A stretch of DNA of 37,565 bases. Source: an uncultured euryarchaeote (lineage in GTDB: Archaea; Thermoplasmatota; Poseidoniia; Poseidoniales; Poseidoniaceae). Where the stretch lies: the NCBI GenBank assembly GCA_937899865.1, contig CALBRH010000006.1, positions 1 through 37,565 of the forward strand, in the 5' to 3' direction. The notes below the pieces were generated by a model, which was given only the letters and a program-made list of their open reading frames with translations, was not told the origin of the DNA and did no database searches. A program made the position numbers and the translations under genes. Shown here piece by piece: positions 1 through 9,836 of the stretch (within the stretch, counting starts at the first letter, position 1; the number at the start of each line of letters is the position of its first letter).

Positions 1-2
1 CT

Positions 3-236
3 ATGCTAATGGAGTTTAATCCTCTTGACGTTGTAGTTCCTGCTGGACATACACTGCGCATTGAATTAACTGAGTCTGGAGAAGATTACTTACCAAGCCC
101 GTGTGCAACAAATCCGCTGGGTGGATTGGATGTCGATGGAGGAATAATCGGATTGCCAATCATTGACAGACCTAACTCGCACGATGCATGGTTCTTTGCT
201 CCACCATGGTGGGAACAACATACAATTCCAGAATGA
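3..236 (+). CDS. C-terminal fragment of a CocE/NonD (peptidase S15/PepX-like) hydrolase, 5'-truncated by window edge
   Basis: EFNPLDVVVPAGHTLRIELTESGEDYLPS resembles the C-terminal beta-sandwich of CocE/NonD enzymes; frame open to window start. Confidence 0.55.
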   Translation: MLMEFNPLDVVVPAGHTLRIELTESGEDYLPSPCATNPLGGLDVDGGIIGLPIIDRPNSHDAWFFAPPWWEQHTIPE

Positions 237-313
237 TATTTCCCAATTAGTTTCGGAAATATCGATTTCATGTACTTAGATAGCGTTAAAACCTACCTTT
301 GAGTCGGAGTAAC

Positions 314-1039
314 ATGCACATTTCAGGAAAAATATTCATGGCTATCGGTATTGTTATCTGTTTAATTGGAGGAATTTTAATGGCCGTAGGTGGCAACAAT
401 ATTGATGACTCTGGAGATTGGGACGTTGTCGAAAAAAGTGAATGGAATGGACAAAGTGGAACATTTCAATTTGAAGGAGATGGAGATTATCTTGTAATGG
501 TTCGAGATACTGTTTCATGCGATTCATTTAGCCTTACTATCACTAATACATCTTCTGGTGATCAAGAAAGGTATGAAAATGAAGAATGTACTGAAGATGG
601 CAGCAAACCTAAGGGGTATCAAGATGACCCAGCAGGATGGTATAACATGGGGATTACTCTTGAGGTTACAAATGCAGAACATGAAATTAATGCTAGCCAT
701 GAAATTTACTTAGTACCTTTTTGGGAAGTACTAGGTGAAGAAATTGGTGAAGCTGTGGTAGGAGGACTTCAAGGAGTTGCTGGCTTTGGAATAATATGCT
801 GCGGTGGAATTTTCACTATTTTTGGCCTAATATTGGGATTATTAGTAAATAATGACCAAAAAACGGTAATTGTTCAAAATGGTGCAATGCCTAGTATGAC
901 ACAATATACCAATCAAACCATGATGACCCAACCAACAAAAGAATATGCCGATATTCCAGTACAACCTCAAACCACAACTACGCAACAACCACAAGGTGAA
1001 GCTTTCTGGGATCAAGAACAGCCAAAAAACCCATTTTGA
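314..1039 (+). CDS. Hypothetical membrane protein (N-terminal TM, extracellular domain, C-terminal TM pair, Q/T/P-rich tail)
   Basis: GGAG SD before ATG at 314; hydrophobic segments at both ends. Confidence 0.75.
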   Translation: MHISGKIFMAIGIVICLIGGILMAVGGNNIDDSGDWDVVEKSEWNGQSGTFQFEGDGDYLVMVRDTVSCDSFSLTITNTSSGDQERYENEECTEDGSKPKGYQDDPAGWYNMGITLEVTNAEHEINASHEIYLVPFWEVLGEEIGEAVVGGLQGVAGFGIICCGGIFTIFGLILGLLVNNDQKTVIVQNGAMPSMTQYTNQTMMTQPTKEYADIPVQPQTTTTQQPQGEAFWDQEQPKNPF

Positions 1040-1279
1040 TTAAGTGGAATTTGAATCCTGATTAAATAGGATTCCAAGGTAGAAGCCGCAGCAATTTACT
1101 ATGATATCTGCTATTTTGTTATCCCATGTTTCTTTGGCAAATTCATAGGGCAATACTAATTCGAGTAACTCCCAACCAATTGACAGGATAAGAAAAAGAT
1201 ACCAATTGGTAATGATAAATCTACCAACAACAAACCACTGACAGAAATGACCAACTGACCACATATTCAGTAATGCCAA
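1040..1279 (-). CDS. Small hydrophobic membrane protein
   Basis: AGGTGA SD before TTG start; 79 aa with 2-3 hydrophobic segments; 9 nt behind the SCO gene. Confidence 0.65.
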   Translation of the reverse strand: MALLNMWSVGHFCQWFVVGRFIITNWYLFLILSIGWELLELVLPYEFAKETWDNKIADIIVNCCGFYLGILFNQDSNST

Positions 1280-1288
1280 ACTATCACC

Positions 1289-1927
1289 TTATTCTTGTAA
1301 AATTGATTCCAAGTCTGATTTGATACCGTTTATATCCCAATTATCATCAGTCCAACGAACTCGTTGTAAGCCATCTTTACCAACAATTACTATGCCATTT
1401 GTATGCTCAACATCATAGTAAACAGTATGGCCGCGTCCATCTATTGAAGTGCTATTTTCACTTTCTGTTAGAACTACAGTAATACCAAAATCCGACCAAA
1501 TTTGCTCTACGCTGGAAAAGTTACCATCAACAAAATCATCGGTTGTAAGATAAGTCCAAGAGGTATTGAAGTAATTCATGTAATCTACTAAATCACTAGG
1601 ACTATCGCGCCATGGATCGACTGTTATCGATAAAAATGTTAGATTGTCTTCTAACTCATATGAAAAATCGTCATATAGTGATTTTAAATCTACAGTGATG
1701 AAAGAACAAGCATCATGACAGTTTGTCAAAAAAAAGTTCACTACAATTACTCTCCCTTCAATGCTTGAAGAGTTGAAGGTTGTATTATTTGAATCAATCA
1801 ATTCAAAATTACGGTATGCTTTGTTTGGTGTGATATCTTCCCCGCTATACAGATTATTATTTGGCGATGTACAACCTGCTAAAACGAAATTAACAAGTAT
1901 CAACCAAAGAATTGCTGACTGCCTCAT
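1289..1927 (-). CDS. SCO1/SenC family copper chaperone, lipoprotein-like
   Basis: FFLTNCHDAC (CxxxC), SITVDPWRDSP, distal His in VEHT, LAGC lipobox-like signal. Confidence 0.9.
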   Translation of the reverse strand: MRQSAILWLILVNFVLAGCTSPNNNLYSGEDITPNKAYRNFELIDSNNTTFNSSSIEGRVIVVNFFLTNCHDACSFITVDLKSLYDDFSYELEDNLTFLSITVDPWRDSPSDLVDYMNYFNTSWTYLTTDDFVDGNFSSVEQIWSDFGITVVLTESENSTSIDGRGHTVYYDVEHTNGIVIVGKDGLQRVRWTDDNWDINGIKSDLESILQE

Positions 1928-1936
1928 TAAGACTCC

Positions 1937-4861
1937 TCAGCTCTTGGTTTTTCTAAGTATAGCGGTGGCAAATAAGGCAAATAGAATGAAACCATAGGAC
2001 ATTATCAAAGATTCAATTTCCAGATTCTGCTCATCTACTAATTCTGGCTCAGGGTGGTATTCGTAAAGTGTCATGGAACGGAAACCGCCGCCACCACCGC
2101 CACCGCCGCCTCCGCCGCCACCGGAGTTGGCGTTACTCATGTCTGCTTCTCCATGATAACACAACAAGAAATATGGGAAACCAATCATTCCAACTGTATT
2201 TCCATCAGTATTTACAACAGTCTTGGAAGAACCACTTAGTGGTGTAGAAACATAATAATAGGTTCCTTGTGGGAATTCTGGAGTTGCAGCAAAACGGCCG
2301 TTACATTGATCCAGTTCACCCATGCCAGAAACGTAATTCCAGTCATCAATGCCATTATAGCCTTGATCTCCCCCTTCTGATGTTCGTTCTACCTCATAAG
2401 AAGATGTCAGCGGTATTACCTCTCCATTGCTATCCCAGCCATACATGCCGTAGATTGGATAACCGTCAAATGCCCAACCAATGATTGGTGAATGTGTTGT
2501 TGGATCTAAATCTGTGTAATCATAATTGACAATGGTTTCACCATTAGGGTCATCCCAAAATTGACACATTGCATCAAAATGGTAGTGCACTCCACCTGGA
2601 CCATTGTGCGCCCCGCAATAACCAAGATCAATTGGTTGACGGTCTTCATCAAAGTAAAGGAATTCAAGTGCTACGGCATCTCCACCTGGTCCTTCCTCAG
2701 GACCAAAAATCGGTACTCCGTTAACAGCAACAGCAACAGCACCTCGGTCTGGGGCACATTCATAGGCTCCATTAGCAGCAGGACAATTTGCAGAATTGTG
2801 ACCACCACTTGTATCCTCTACAGGATTTAGAGGGATTGTCCAATCCATATTTTGTTCATCTGCATTTGCGGCAAAAGCGGACAACCAGTTGTGATTAGGA
2901 ATAGCATTCGATGTCACTTGCATATTGTTAGAATTCACAGTAACTGAAACCTCACACTGGAACCATGGACCAGAACCTCCTCCCCCACCAGATTGCCCTG
3001 CTCCTCGAGTGTTAGAATTGTATGAATTACCTTCACCATTTAGGTCTTTTACCCATGGACCTTGACCATTTTGACATAGCCACGAATCTGATTTTTCAAA
3101 GGTTTGCAAACCATCCAAAATAAAGTCCAGAATTGTATCGAATGTTGAATCGCTTTGGTAAGGTAAATGATGGCCTGCCGTATTACTGTGTACATCCAAG
3201 GAATTGGCAAACTTATTTGCTAAAGCCGGAGCTAAATCTTTGAAACTTCCATCATTTTCACCAGAAAATACCATCGCTGGTATGTCAAATGGCGCTACTG
3301 CATCAATAGTATCAATCAAACCTTCATGTGTTGTCGGTAAATATCCATTATACATCAAAGCACGATCAAAGGTCTTGTCTGTATTTGCAAGATAAACAGG
3401 AACCATCGCTGCTCCTTGCGAATAACCTAATATGGCATAGAATGGTCCATTATCTTCGACCATTTGGTCTAGATAAGATATTGAAAGATCAGCCCAATCA
3501 GGGTCTGTAGTTGGCTCTCCCTTTCCACCAGGTGGGTCTTTAATCCATACATTGTTACTTTCTGGCGTGCTAGCAAAAACAAAATCAAAGCCTGGTAATG
3601 CATTCATCAAATCTTGTGTACCTTGCTGATTTCTTAGCCCATTAGCAGTCTCACCACCGCCATGAAGCGCCAAAATCTTAGGCCTTGTTGATGGTTCTGG
3701 ATTTTCTTTTTGCGAATCTGCACATCCAACATCATCTACAGATTCTCCACTTGGTGTGTCTGGACACTGATCCAAATTGTCCGAAATCCCGTCATTATCG
3801 CTATCTAATTGAGAGCTAGAACATCCATTCGAATCTACAACTTCATCTGCAGGTGTAAATGGACATAAGTCTAAATCATTAGTAATTCCATCATTATCTG
3901 AATCCTTCTGAGATGATGAACAACCTTGAGAATCTACTAAATCTCCTTTAGGCGTATTAGGGCAAATGTCTCGATTATTGTTTATGCCATCTTCATCATC
4001 ATCAACTTCTGAATCTGAACATCCGTTTAGGTATACTGGTTCTCCTTGAGGCGTCTCTAAACATTGATCTACATCATCTAATATTCCATCTAAATCAGAG
4101 TCACCAACAGGTTCTGGGGGCATGGGTAAATCAACATTAGTGATAACAATCGAGTCAGTAAATAAACCGCAAGATGACACAATTCCGCCTTTGGTATTAA
4201 CTTCGCTAGTGTTTAACTCAATACTAAATTCGCCTGTTTCGAAATCTATCTCTCCAACAACATCCAAAACTGGTGACTGAAACAAAGGTTGGTAGACAAT
4301 ATTACATGTGTCAAGGTATTCATGGATAACGAATCCTGTTAACGTCCCATTTGGCTCCTCATCACTTAGGGGAGGGGCCCACAAAAAGGTAATTTTTACA
4401 TCTTCTTCTTTTGGTTCGATAACTTGAAGTTCACTGTAAGAAATTTCACTAATTAATCCAGCTTCATCGGTTGCTGAAACTAAGACAATCCATAGCCCAG
4501 ATTGATTCATTTGTGATTCAACAACCCATTTACCTTCATTGCTAATCTGAATTTCTTCTTGAACTATATTTTCTCCATTGGTTAAAGGATTGATTAATTT
4601 AATTGAAATAGTGCACGTGGTTGGTGATTCATCATAAATAAATCCAGTTAAAATTGTATTTTCACCATCCCATGATTTGCTAACGTCGGGAACAAAAACT
4701 ACTGGTTTTTGATTAGTATCAATTGGATCTTGAATTATTTCATCAACAACTTCATTTTCCTTGTCTTGATTATCTCCGGTATTATCAATTACAATTAATA
4801 AGCCGCTGCCAATCAATAGCGTCACTAAAAGGCCAGATAATATAGCAACCTTTGTGTCCAT
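1937..4861 (-). CDS. Membrane-anchored multidomain protein: Ig-like region, 4 TSP3-like repeats, FSH1-type serine hydrolase, YHYH domain, poly-Gly linker, C-terminal TM
   Basis: KILALHGGG and GYSQG nucleophile elbow with distal GHH; NGVPIFGP, GVHYH, HSPIIGWAFDGYPIYG and LDQCNGR of YHYH proteins; TMs at both ends. Confidence 0.85.
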   Translation of the reverse strand: MDTKVAILSGLLVTLLIGSGLLIVIDNTGDNQDKENEVVDEIIQDPIDTNQKPVVFVPDVSKSWDGENTILTGFIYDESPTTCTISIKLINPLTNGENIVQEEIQISNEGKWVVESQMNQSGLWIVLVSATDEAGLISEISYSELQVIEPKEEDVKITFLWAPPLSDEEPNGTLTGFVIHEYLDTCNIVYQPLFQSPVLDVVGEIDFETGEFSIELNTSEVNTKGGIVSSCGLFTDSIVITNVDLPMPPEPVGDSDLDGILDDVDQCLETPQGEPVYLNGCSDSEVDDDEDGINNNRDICPNTPKGDLVDSQGCSSSQKDSDNDGITNDLDLCPFTPADEVVDSNGCSSSQLDSDNDGISDNLDQCPDTPSGESVDDVGCADSQKENPEPSTRPKILALHGGGETANGLRNQQGTQDLMNALPGFDFVFASTPESNNVWIKDPPGGKGEPTTDPDWADLSISYLDQMVEDNGPFYAILGYSQGAAMVPVYLANTDKTFDRALMYNGYLPTTHEGLIDTIDAVAPFDIPAMVFSGENDGSFKDLAPALANKFANSLDVHSNTAGHHLPYQSDSTFDTILDFILDGLQTFEKSDSWLCQNGQGPWVKDLNGEGNSYNSNTRGAGQSGGGGGSGPWFQCEVSVTVNSNNMQVTSNAIPNHNWLSAFAANADEQNMDWTIPLNPVEDTSGGHNSANCPAANGAYECAPDRGAVAVAVNGVPIFGPEEGPGGDAVALEFLYFDEDRQPIDLGYCGAHNGPGGVHYHFDAMCQFWDDPNGETIVNYDYTDLDPTTHSPIIGWAFDGYPIYGMYGWDSNGEVIPLTSSYEVERTSEGGDQGYNGIDDWNYVSGMGELDQCNGRFAATPEFPQGTYYYVSTPLSGSSKTVVNTDGNTVGMIGFPYFLLCYHGEADMSNANSGGGGGGGGGGGGGFRSMTLYEYHPEPELVDEQNLEIESLIMSYGFILFALFATAILRKTKS
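3707..4102 (-). repeat. Four 33-aa thrombospondin type-3-like Ca-binding repeats
   Basis: DSDxDGIxDxxDxCPxTPxGxxVDxxGCSxSQ consensus repeated four times (aa 254-385). Confidence 0.9.
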
Positions 4862-4912
4862 AAACCTAAGAAAATAAATTATCTTATAATGTGTTGGTAT
4901 TTTTGCCCACTC

Positions 4913-5365
4913 TTATTGATATTCAGAATATTCCTTTTCAGAATATTCTAATGTTGTTAAGATACCAATTAGGAATCCTAATGGCGCAACCATCATTCCT
5001 AAAACTAAAATTGGTGTTGAAACATACATTGGCCTATCACAAGCCAACATTCGTAACCAGATATATCGCCCTGCAAGTACATCAAATGCTAAGAAATGCA
5101 ACCATCCAACAATGATGACTTTGTCATCTGAAAAGAATTCTACAATTTTTTCTGGAGTGGGCATTTCTGCGCCTAGAGTTATGAAGATGTCAGGTAGGCT
5201 AGGGATGGCAAGAATCGCATAAGGAATGCATAATGGCAATACGGATATTCGAAGGTCACCAACTATTTTTTTGGTTATATCGTGACGTGGAGCAAACCAC
5301 ATAAGACCCCAAATTGGGATAATATAAATCGAAGATATCCAAAACATTACTATTTCTATTTCCAT
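4913..5365 (-). CDS. DUF4281 / ABA4-like membrane protein
   Basis: GWLHFLAFDVLAGRYIW signature, 4 hydrophobic helices; 2 nt behind the MMPL gene. Confidence 0.8.
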   Translation of the reverse strand: MEIEIVMFWISSIYIIPIWGLMWFAPRHDITKKIVGDLRISVLPLCIPYAILAIPSLPDIFITLGAEMPTPEKIVEFFSDDKVIIVGWLHFLAFDVLAGRYIWLRMLACDRPMYVSTPILVLGMMVAPLGFLIGILTTLEYSEKEYSEYQ

Positions 5366-5367
5366 AA

Positions 5368-8163
5368 TTATTCCTCCTCAAGGTATTTTTCTGCATCTCG
5401 TCTCAAGAACTTAGAATAAAATGCAGGGAGTAAGATTAGACTTGATAGTAGAGCCAATGTAATTGCCACAACAAATGCTTGGCCAAATAATCGTAGTGGC
5501 AATAAGGCTGAGAGATTTAGTACAGCAAATCCACCAGCAGTACTCAGAGCTGCACCAAACATCGCCCTTCCTGTTGTTGCAGAAGCATTCTCTACCCATT
5601 GTAATTGAGTGCCTCGAGGATTATGTTCTACTTCTTCTTCTAATCTTATTGTGAAGTGAACAGCATAATCAACACCAAGTCCTAATGATAATGCTCCAAT
5701 TGTTACTGTTTGTGGATTGATTTGATAACCGGTATAACCCATCAAACCATAAACCCAACAAACAACCATCATCAATGGAATCCAAGAAATAAATCCACGT
5801 GCTAAACCTTGTGATATGTCTTTTTGCCTAAACGAATGTATTGATATCAACATCAAAAGTATAACTATTGCAACTATCGCAGTAGACTGAATTGAAGATG
5901 CTGCAACATCTGATGTAGTTTGAGCATTAATTAGGCTACGTCCACTAATTCTTAATTCCCCTTCAACTGTAAAATCCTCTTCGATCTCGGCAAGTAATTG
6001 CTCCATACGTTTGGTTAAATCAACAGTTTCTTGCCAGTTAAGAGTATTTGCTTGAAAAGAAATTAATGTTTGTTGACCATTGGAATGAAGTTGAGCACTC
6101 GATAGATTTCTACCTGTTTCATTTTGTAATAACCAGTTAGATAAATCATCCCATGAGCCCGAATTACCTGCTTCTATAGAATTCATCAATGAATTTAAGG
6201 CCCAATATTCTGCTCGAGATTCCTCGATTAAATCCCATAAACCAGTCGGAACTCCAGTAAGATCATCGCTTTGAGAAAGTTTTGATATTGTCATATTCCA
6301 TGATGCCCATCCTTCACTGCTCAACACTTCACCGTCAAAGACCACATACAACGGCGACCTACTACTTTGGAAGTCTTCAGAAAGCATGAGGAAATCTGCA
6401 ACTACTGGTATATCGGGGTCAAATTGTTCACTTTGTTCAAATCCAACTTCTAACTGTTGAAAACCAATAAACATTGGAATCAACAACAATACCGCAATGA
6501 CTCCTACTTTCATAGGCTGCATTGACAATCGCCCCAATCCTTTGGCAATAGGGCCAATTTCAATTTTACTTGCCCTGTCTAGTGGCAACTTCTTTGGAGG
6601 TATAATAGACATCAGTGCTGGCAATGCAGAAATGCTGAGTAAATAGATCAAAAACAAGCCAATTGCAATAACTGTTCCAAATACTTGTAAGAATGATAAT
6701 GCCGAAAATCTAAATGATAAAAATCCAATCATATCTGTAAATATCGCAATCAATAATGCAATAGAGGTAAAAATTGTGCCTTTCCTGATAGCTATTTTTC
6801 TTGCTTCTAAAGAAAAATCACGCAATGTCGCTTGTGAAGAATCATCTACAGAATTCTTTAATTCTTCTCTCACCCTTAACACAACGTGTAAACCATAATC
6901 TACACCTATTGCTAATAACAAGACTGGTATCGAATTCATTGCAGCATTAAATACCATGTTGACGCCAAAATATTGCAGCCATCCAGATAAACCATAAGTT
7001 GCTGCGATAGCAAAAATAGTCAAAACCATGACATAACTAGTCTCTCTTTTACTACGGAAATTAAACCATAGGATTATTGCTAACAACATAAATGCAGAAC
7101 CAGTAAGCATACCAATTTCTTTACCGATATTCTCAGATGATTCAACACCAAATTTTGAAAATGAGAATATTCTTAATTCATCATCGCCTGAATTTTGTTG
7201 CAATTCTACCAGCAATAAGTCTGACCAATCATTAATTCTTGCTTCAATTTTACCAAATTCATTTTCTTCATAACCGTGAACTAATGGATCTGAACTAACT
7301 GCTAATGTAGTAATTATTGGACCGGACATATTCCAAGGATCTTCACGTGATTCCAATGGCATGTTAGCAAGAATGATTGATCTATAATCGATAGACTGCT
7401 GTCCTTTCAAACCATATAAATCGCCAATCATAACGGTAAGGTTTTCCTCCATTGATTCTTTTTGCAAATCACTCTTATTGGAATCAAATCCAAACAAAGA
7501 ATATGTTCTCCATATCGTTTCATTGATTTGATCTGTTAGATTATCTCGACTATCTATTCTTGAAAGCCATTGCTCAGGCTGTCCTGGCTCCCAATTCATC
7601 AACATATCAGCAGAAATTGATGTCAATTTTGGAATTGTATTTGCCTTAAGAACCAAATTTTGTAAAGAATTATTAAAATCAACATCGCTAGTATTGCGCA
7701 ATTCTTCGATTGCATTGGTAAGATTTAGTAACCACGCTTGAGAGTTAACAGGGTCTTGAATTGTTTGCCATTGAATTACGCTGCTAACCATTCCAAAACT
7801 GGCTTGTGAACCGAAAAGAGGATATTGATATTCAAGAAAATTAGAATTATTTAGCATTGTAGCCTCCGTTAATGCTAACTGTTGCCAAGTATTATTCAAC
7901 AACAAATCTCCTTGTTCAATATCGTCTATAACTCTTACAAAGTCTACCGATGCTTGATATTCATCTTCGATTTCATTTAGCAAAGCAACGGTTTCATTAT
8001 CTGGAAAAAAACCATCTTCACTATTATCGAATTTAAGATACATTCCACCAGAAGATAAAATTATCAAGACCAAAAAAACACATGCTAAGACCGTTTTTGG
8101 TCGCTCAACACTCTTATCTGTAAGAGCAAAGAATGGATTTCCCATGATGCCAAGAACCATCAT
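5368..8163 (-). CDS. MMPL/RND family transporter
   Basis: Two repeats of TM plus external domain plus 5 TM; AIGVDYGLH and GLGVDYAVH motifs. Confidence 0.92.
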   Translation of the reverse strand: MMVLGIMGNPFFALTDKSVERPKTVLACVFLVLIILSSGGMYLKFDNSEDGFFPDNETVALLNEIEDEYQASVDFVRVIDDIEQGDLLLNNTWQQLALTEATMLNNSNFLEYQYPLFGSQASFGMVSSVIQWQTIQDPVNSQAWLLNLTNAIEELRNTSDVDFNNSLQNLVLKANTIPKLTSISADMLMNWEPGQPEQWLSRIDSRDNLTDQINETIWRTYSLFGFDSNKSDLQKESMEENLTVMIGDLYGLKGQQSIDYRSIILANMPLESREDPWNMSGPIITTLAVSSDPLVHGYEENEFGKIEARINDWSDLLLVELQQNSGDDELRIFSFSKFGVESSENIGKEIGMLTGSAFMLLAIILWFNFRSKRETSYVMVLTIFAIAATYGLSGWLQYFGVNMVFNAAMNSIPVLLLAIGVDYGLHVVLRVREELKNSVDDSSQATLRDFSLEARKIAIRKGTIFTSIALLIAIFTDMIGFLSFRFSALSFLQVFGTVIAIGLFLIYLLSISALPALMSIIPPKKLPLDRASKIEIGPIAKGLGRLSMQPMKVGVIAVLLLIPMFIGFQQLEVGFEQSEQFDPDIPVVADFLMLSEDFQSSRSPLYVVFDGEVLSSEGWASWNMTISKLSQSDDLTGVPTGLWDLIEESRAEYWALNSLMNSIEAGNSGSWDDLSNWLLQNETGRNLSSAQLHSNGQQTLISFQANTLNWQETVDLTKRMEQLLAEIEEDFTVEGELRISGRSLINAQTTSDVAASSIQSTAIVAIVILLMLISIHSFRQKDISQGLARGFISWIPLMMVVCWVYGLMGYTGYQINPQTVTIGALSLGLGVDYAVHFTIRLEEEVEHNPRGTQLQWVENASATTGRAMFGAALSTAGGFAVLNLSALLPLRLFGQAFVVAITLALLSSLILLPAFYSKFLRRDAEKYLEEE

Positions 8164-8177
8164 TTAACTTATAGTGA

Positions 8178-8193
8178 TGTGGTATTTACCACA
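8178..8193. promoter_or_regulatory. Palindrome TGTGGTA-tt-TACCACA, candidate operator of the MMPL operon
   Basis: Perfect 7-bp inverted repeat 14 nt upstream of the MMPL start. Confidence 0.35.
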
Positions 8194-8232
8194 AGAAAAT
8201 TCTCTAATTATGATGGAGTACAATAACTCGGA

Positions 8233-8928
8233 TTATTCCTCATAAGGTTGCCAATCTTCGTCGCCTTCTAGACGATACCACCAGTAACCATCTTCATCTT
8301 CAAACCATTCAGTACCATCTTCATCGATTGAATAGCCTTCTGGATATTCTTCCTCGGCATTAGGATCTAACATTCCGGTCTCTTCGGTTATTTCTTGCTT
8401 GATGCGCGTAATATCTTCATCTGCATCGGCAAAAACTCTGTTGATTGCCCCGATATTAGCAACATGGTCACCTTCTTGAATTGCTTTATCTGATTCTTTG
8501 AGGAATTCTTGGGCCATTCTGTTTTTGTAGTCAGCAAACTCATCTCTTCCAAAACTACCAGTGAATTCATTTCCTTTAGATCTCATTAACTGGTCGAGAT
8601 TCTGACGTTTCTTACCCTTTATTTCGGGTGCATCTGGTATCTCGCCCATGTAAAATGGATCTTCATCTTCGTCTAACTTGGGAAATGTTCGACCTTCTGG
8701 ATCAGCTTCTTCGATAGATTCGAGAATCAAATCATGTTCCTCTTCGTCAATTTTGTTCTCATCGTAGTTTTGTGCTGTGATTGTAACTAGTTTTTCTAGA
8801 TTTTTTGCTAGCATCCTTTCATTGACGCTAGTCTCAACAAGTTTGTCAACCTGCTTCAACAATCGCTCGTAAGGACTCCCAGCGATAGCGCCGATAAACT
8901 TCCCCAAGCCTCGCTTCTTACGCGCCAT
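8233..8928 (-). CDS. Acidic hypothetical protein with Trp/acidic C-terminal motif
   Basis: Start moved to MARKK (ATG 8928); ends EWFEDEDGYWWYRLEGDEDWQPYEE. Confidence 0.75.
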   Translation of the reverse strand: MARKKRGLGKFIGAIAGSPYERLLKQVDKLVETSVNERMLAKNLEKLVTITAQNYDENKIDEEEHDLILESIEEADPEGRTFPKLDEDEDPFYMGEIPDAPEIKGKKRQNLDQLMRSKGNEFTGSFGRDEFADYKNRMAQEFLKESDKAIQEGDHVANIGAINRVFADADEDITRIKQEITEETGMLDPNAEEEYPEGYSIDEDGTEWFEDEDGYWWYRLEGDEDWQPYEE

Positions 8929-9017
8929 ATACCCGATTAAAACTCCATGCAATATGAATTTAATCATTCACTACGGGCAGTTTCATCAATACTAACCTAT
9001 TGGGCAGGAGTGATAAG

Positions 9018-9767
9018 ATGGTTGAATCGTGGCTTGAAGATATCATGGCATCATATAATCAAGATTCTTTTGATGCAAGAAATTCTTACGCTGCACAATT
9101 ACACATGCCTGGTGAAATTTTCCAAGATCTAGTTTGGTGGGCATTGAAATCTTTACCTGATGAAATTTTAGTTGGCCTTGATATTGACTTTAATCAACAA
9201 CAAAATGCTGAAGTGGACGAATTTTTCGCCAGTTCTCAACAAGTTGAAGGATTGTTTCAAGGACAGGGTTTTCTAATCAATGAAGCGCATATTGTAAATC
9301 GAGGAGATTCTTACTCAGTGCATCATTTACCTGAGGATTGGACCGATGACATATTCGCACCTTCACGAGGTGCTAGGGCAGGTAGGTTTACTCATTGGTT
9401 GCATACTCACCCAAACGCTCCAGCGATTCCAAGTGGTGCCGACGCTGATGCTTCACAAGAAACTCCTGGTGTTGACTTAATCTTAGGATTGAGGTTTTCT
9501 CCATCAGGCCCTCTACCTTGGTTTGATGATGTTGAAGGTAAACGGAGAATTCTTGGTAAAGAAGCGGAATCAAATGACAATCATACCTCGAAAAAGAGTC
9601 TGTTTCGAAAAAACAACTTACCAGTTATTGGAATTGCACCAAGTGGTCATGTTATTCATGAGGTTCAATTGATTGCTTTTCACAAATCTGGCCTTGGCGT
9701 AAATGTCATCTTTACAGATAACAATAATTTACCCTACGGATGGTCCTCAATAAACAGAAAACAATGA
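9018..9767 (+). CDS. JAMM/MPN+ family metalloprotease
   Basis: Exact H-x-H-x7-S-x2-D motif (HTHPNAPAIPSGAD) plus upstream Glu (PDEILVG); AGGAGTGA SD before ATG 9018. Confidence 0.75.
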   Translation: MVESWLEDIMASYNQDSFDARNSYAAQLHMPGEIFQDLVWWALKSLPDEILVGLDIDFNQQQNAEVDEFFASSQQVEGLFQGQGFLINEAHIVNRGDSYSVHHLPEDWTDDIFAPSRGARAGRFTHWLHTHPNAPAIPSGADADASQETPGVDLILGLRFSPSGPLPWFDDVEGKRRILGKEAESNDNHTSKKSLFRKNNLPVIGIAPSGHVIHEVQLIAFHKSGLGVNVIFTDNNNLPYGWSSINRKQ

Positions 9768-9836
9768 TGAAACAGCAATAATTTTGTCTCACCCTGCACA
9801 ATAATCTTAGACTGAGTCGGACAAGTCTGCCAATCT

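Noticed and set aside
2084-2122. GC-rich (CCN)13 tract
   Set aside because: It encodes a Gly13 linker with mixed codons; not a separate element.
3707-4102. 99-nt periodic repeats as a CRISPR-like array
   Set aside because: These are protein-level TSP3 repeats with degenerate DNA; no CRISPR array or cas gene was seen in the window.
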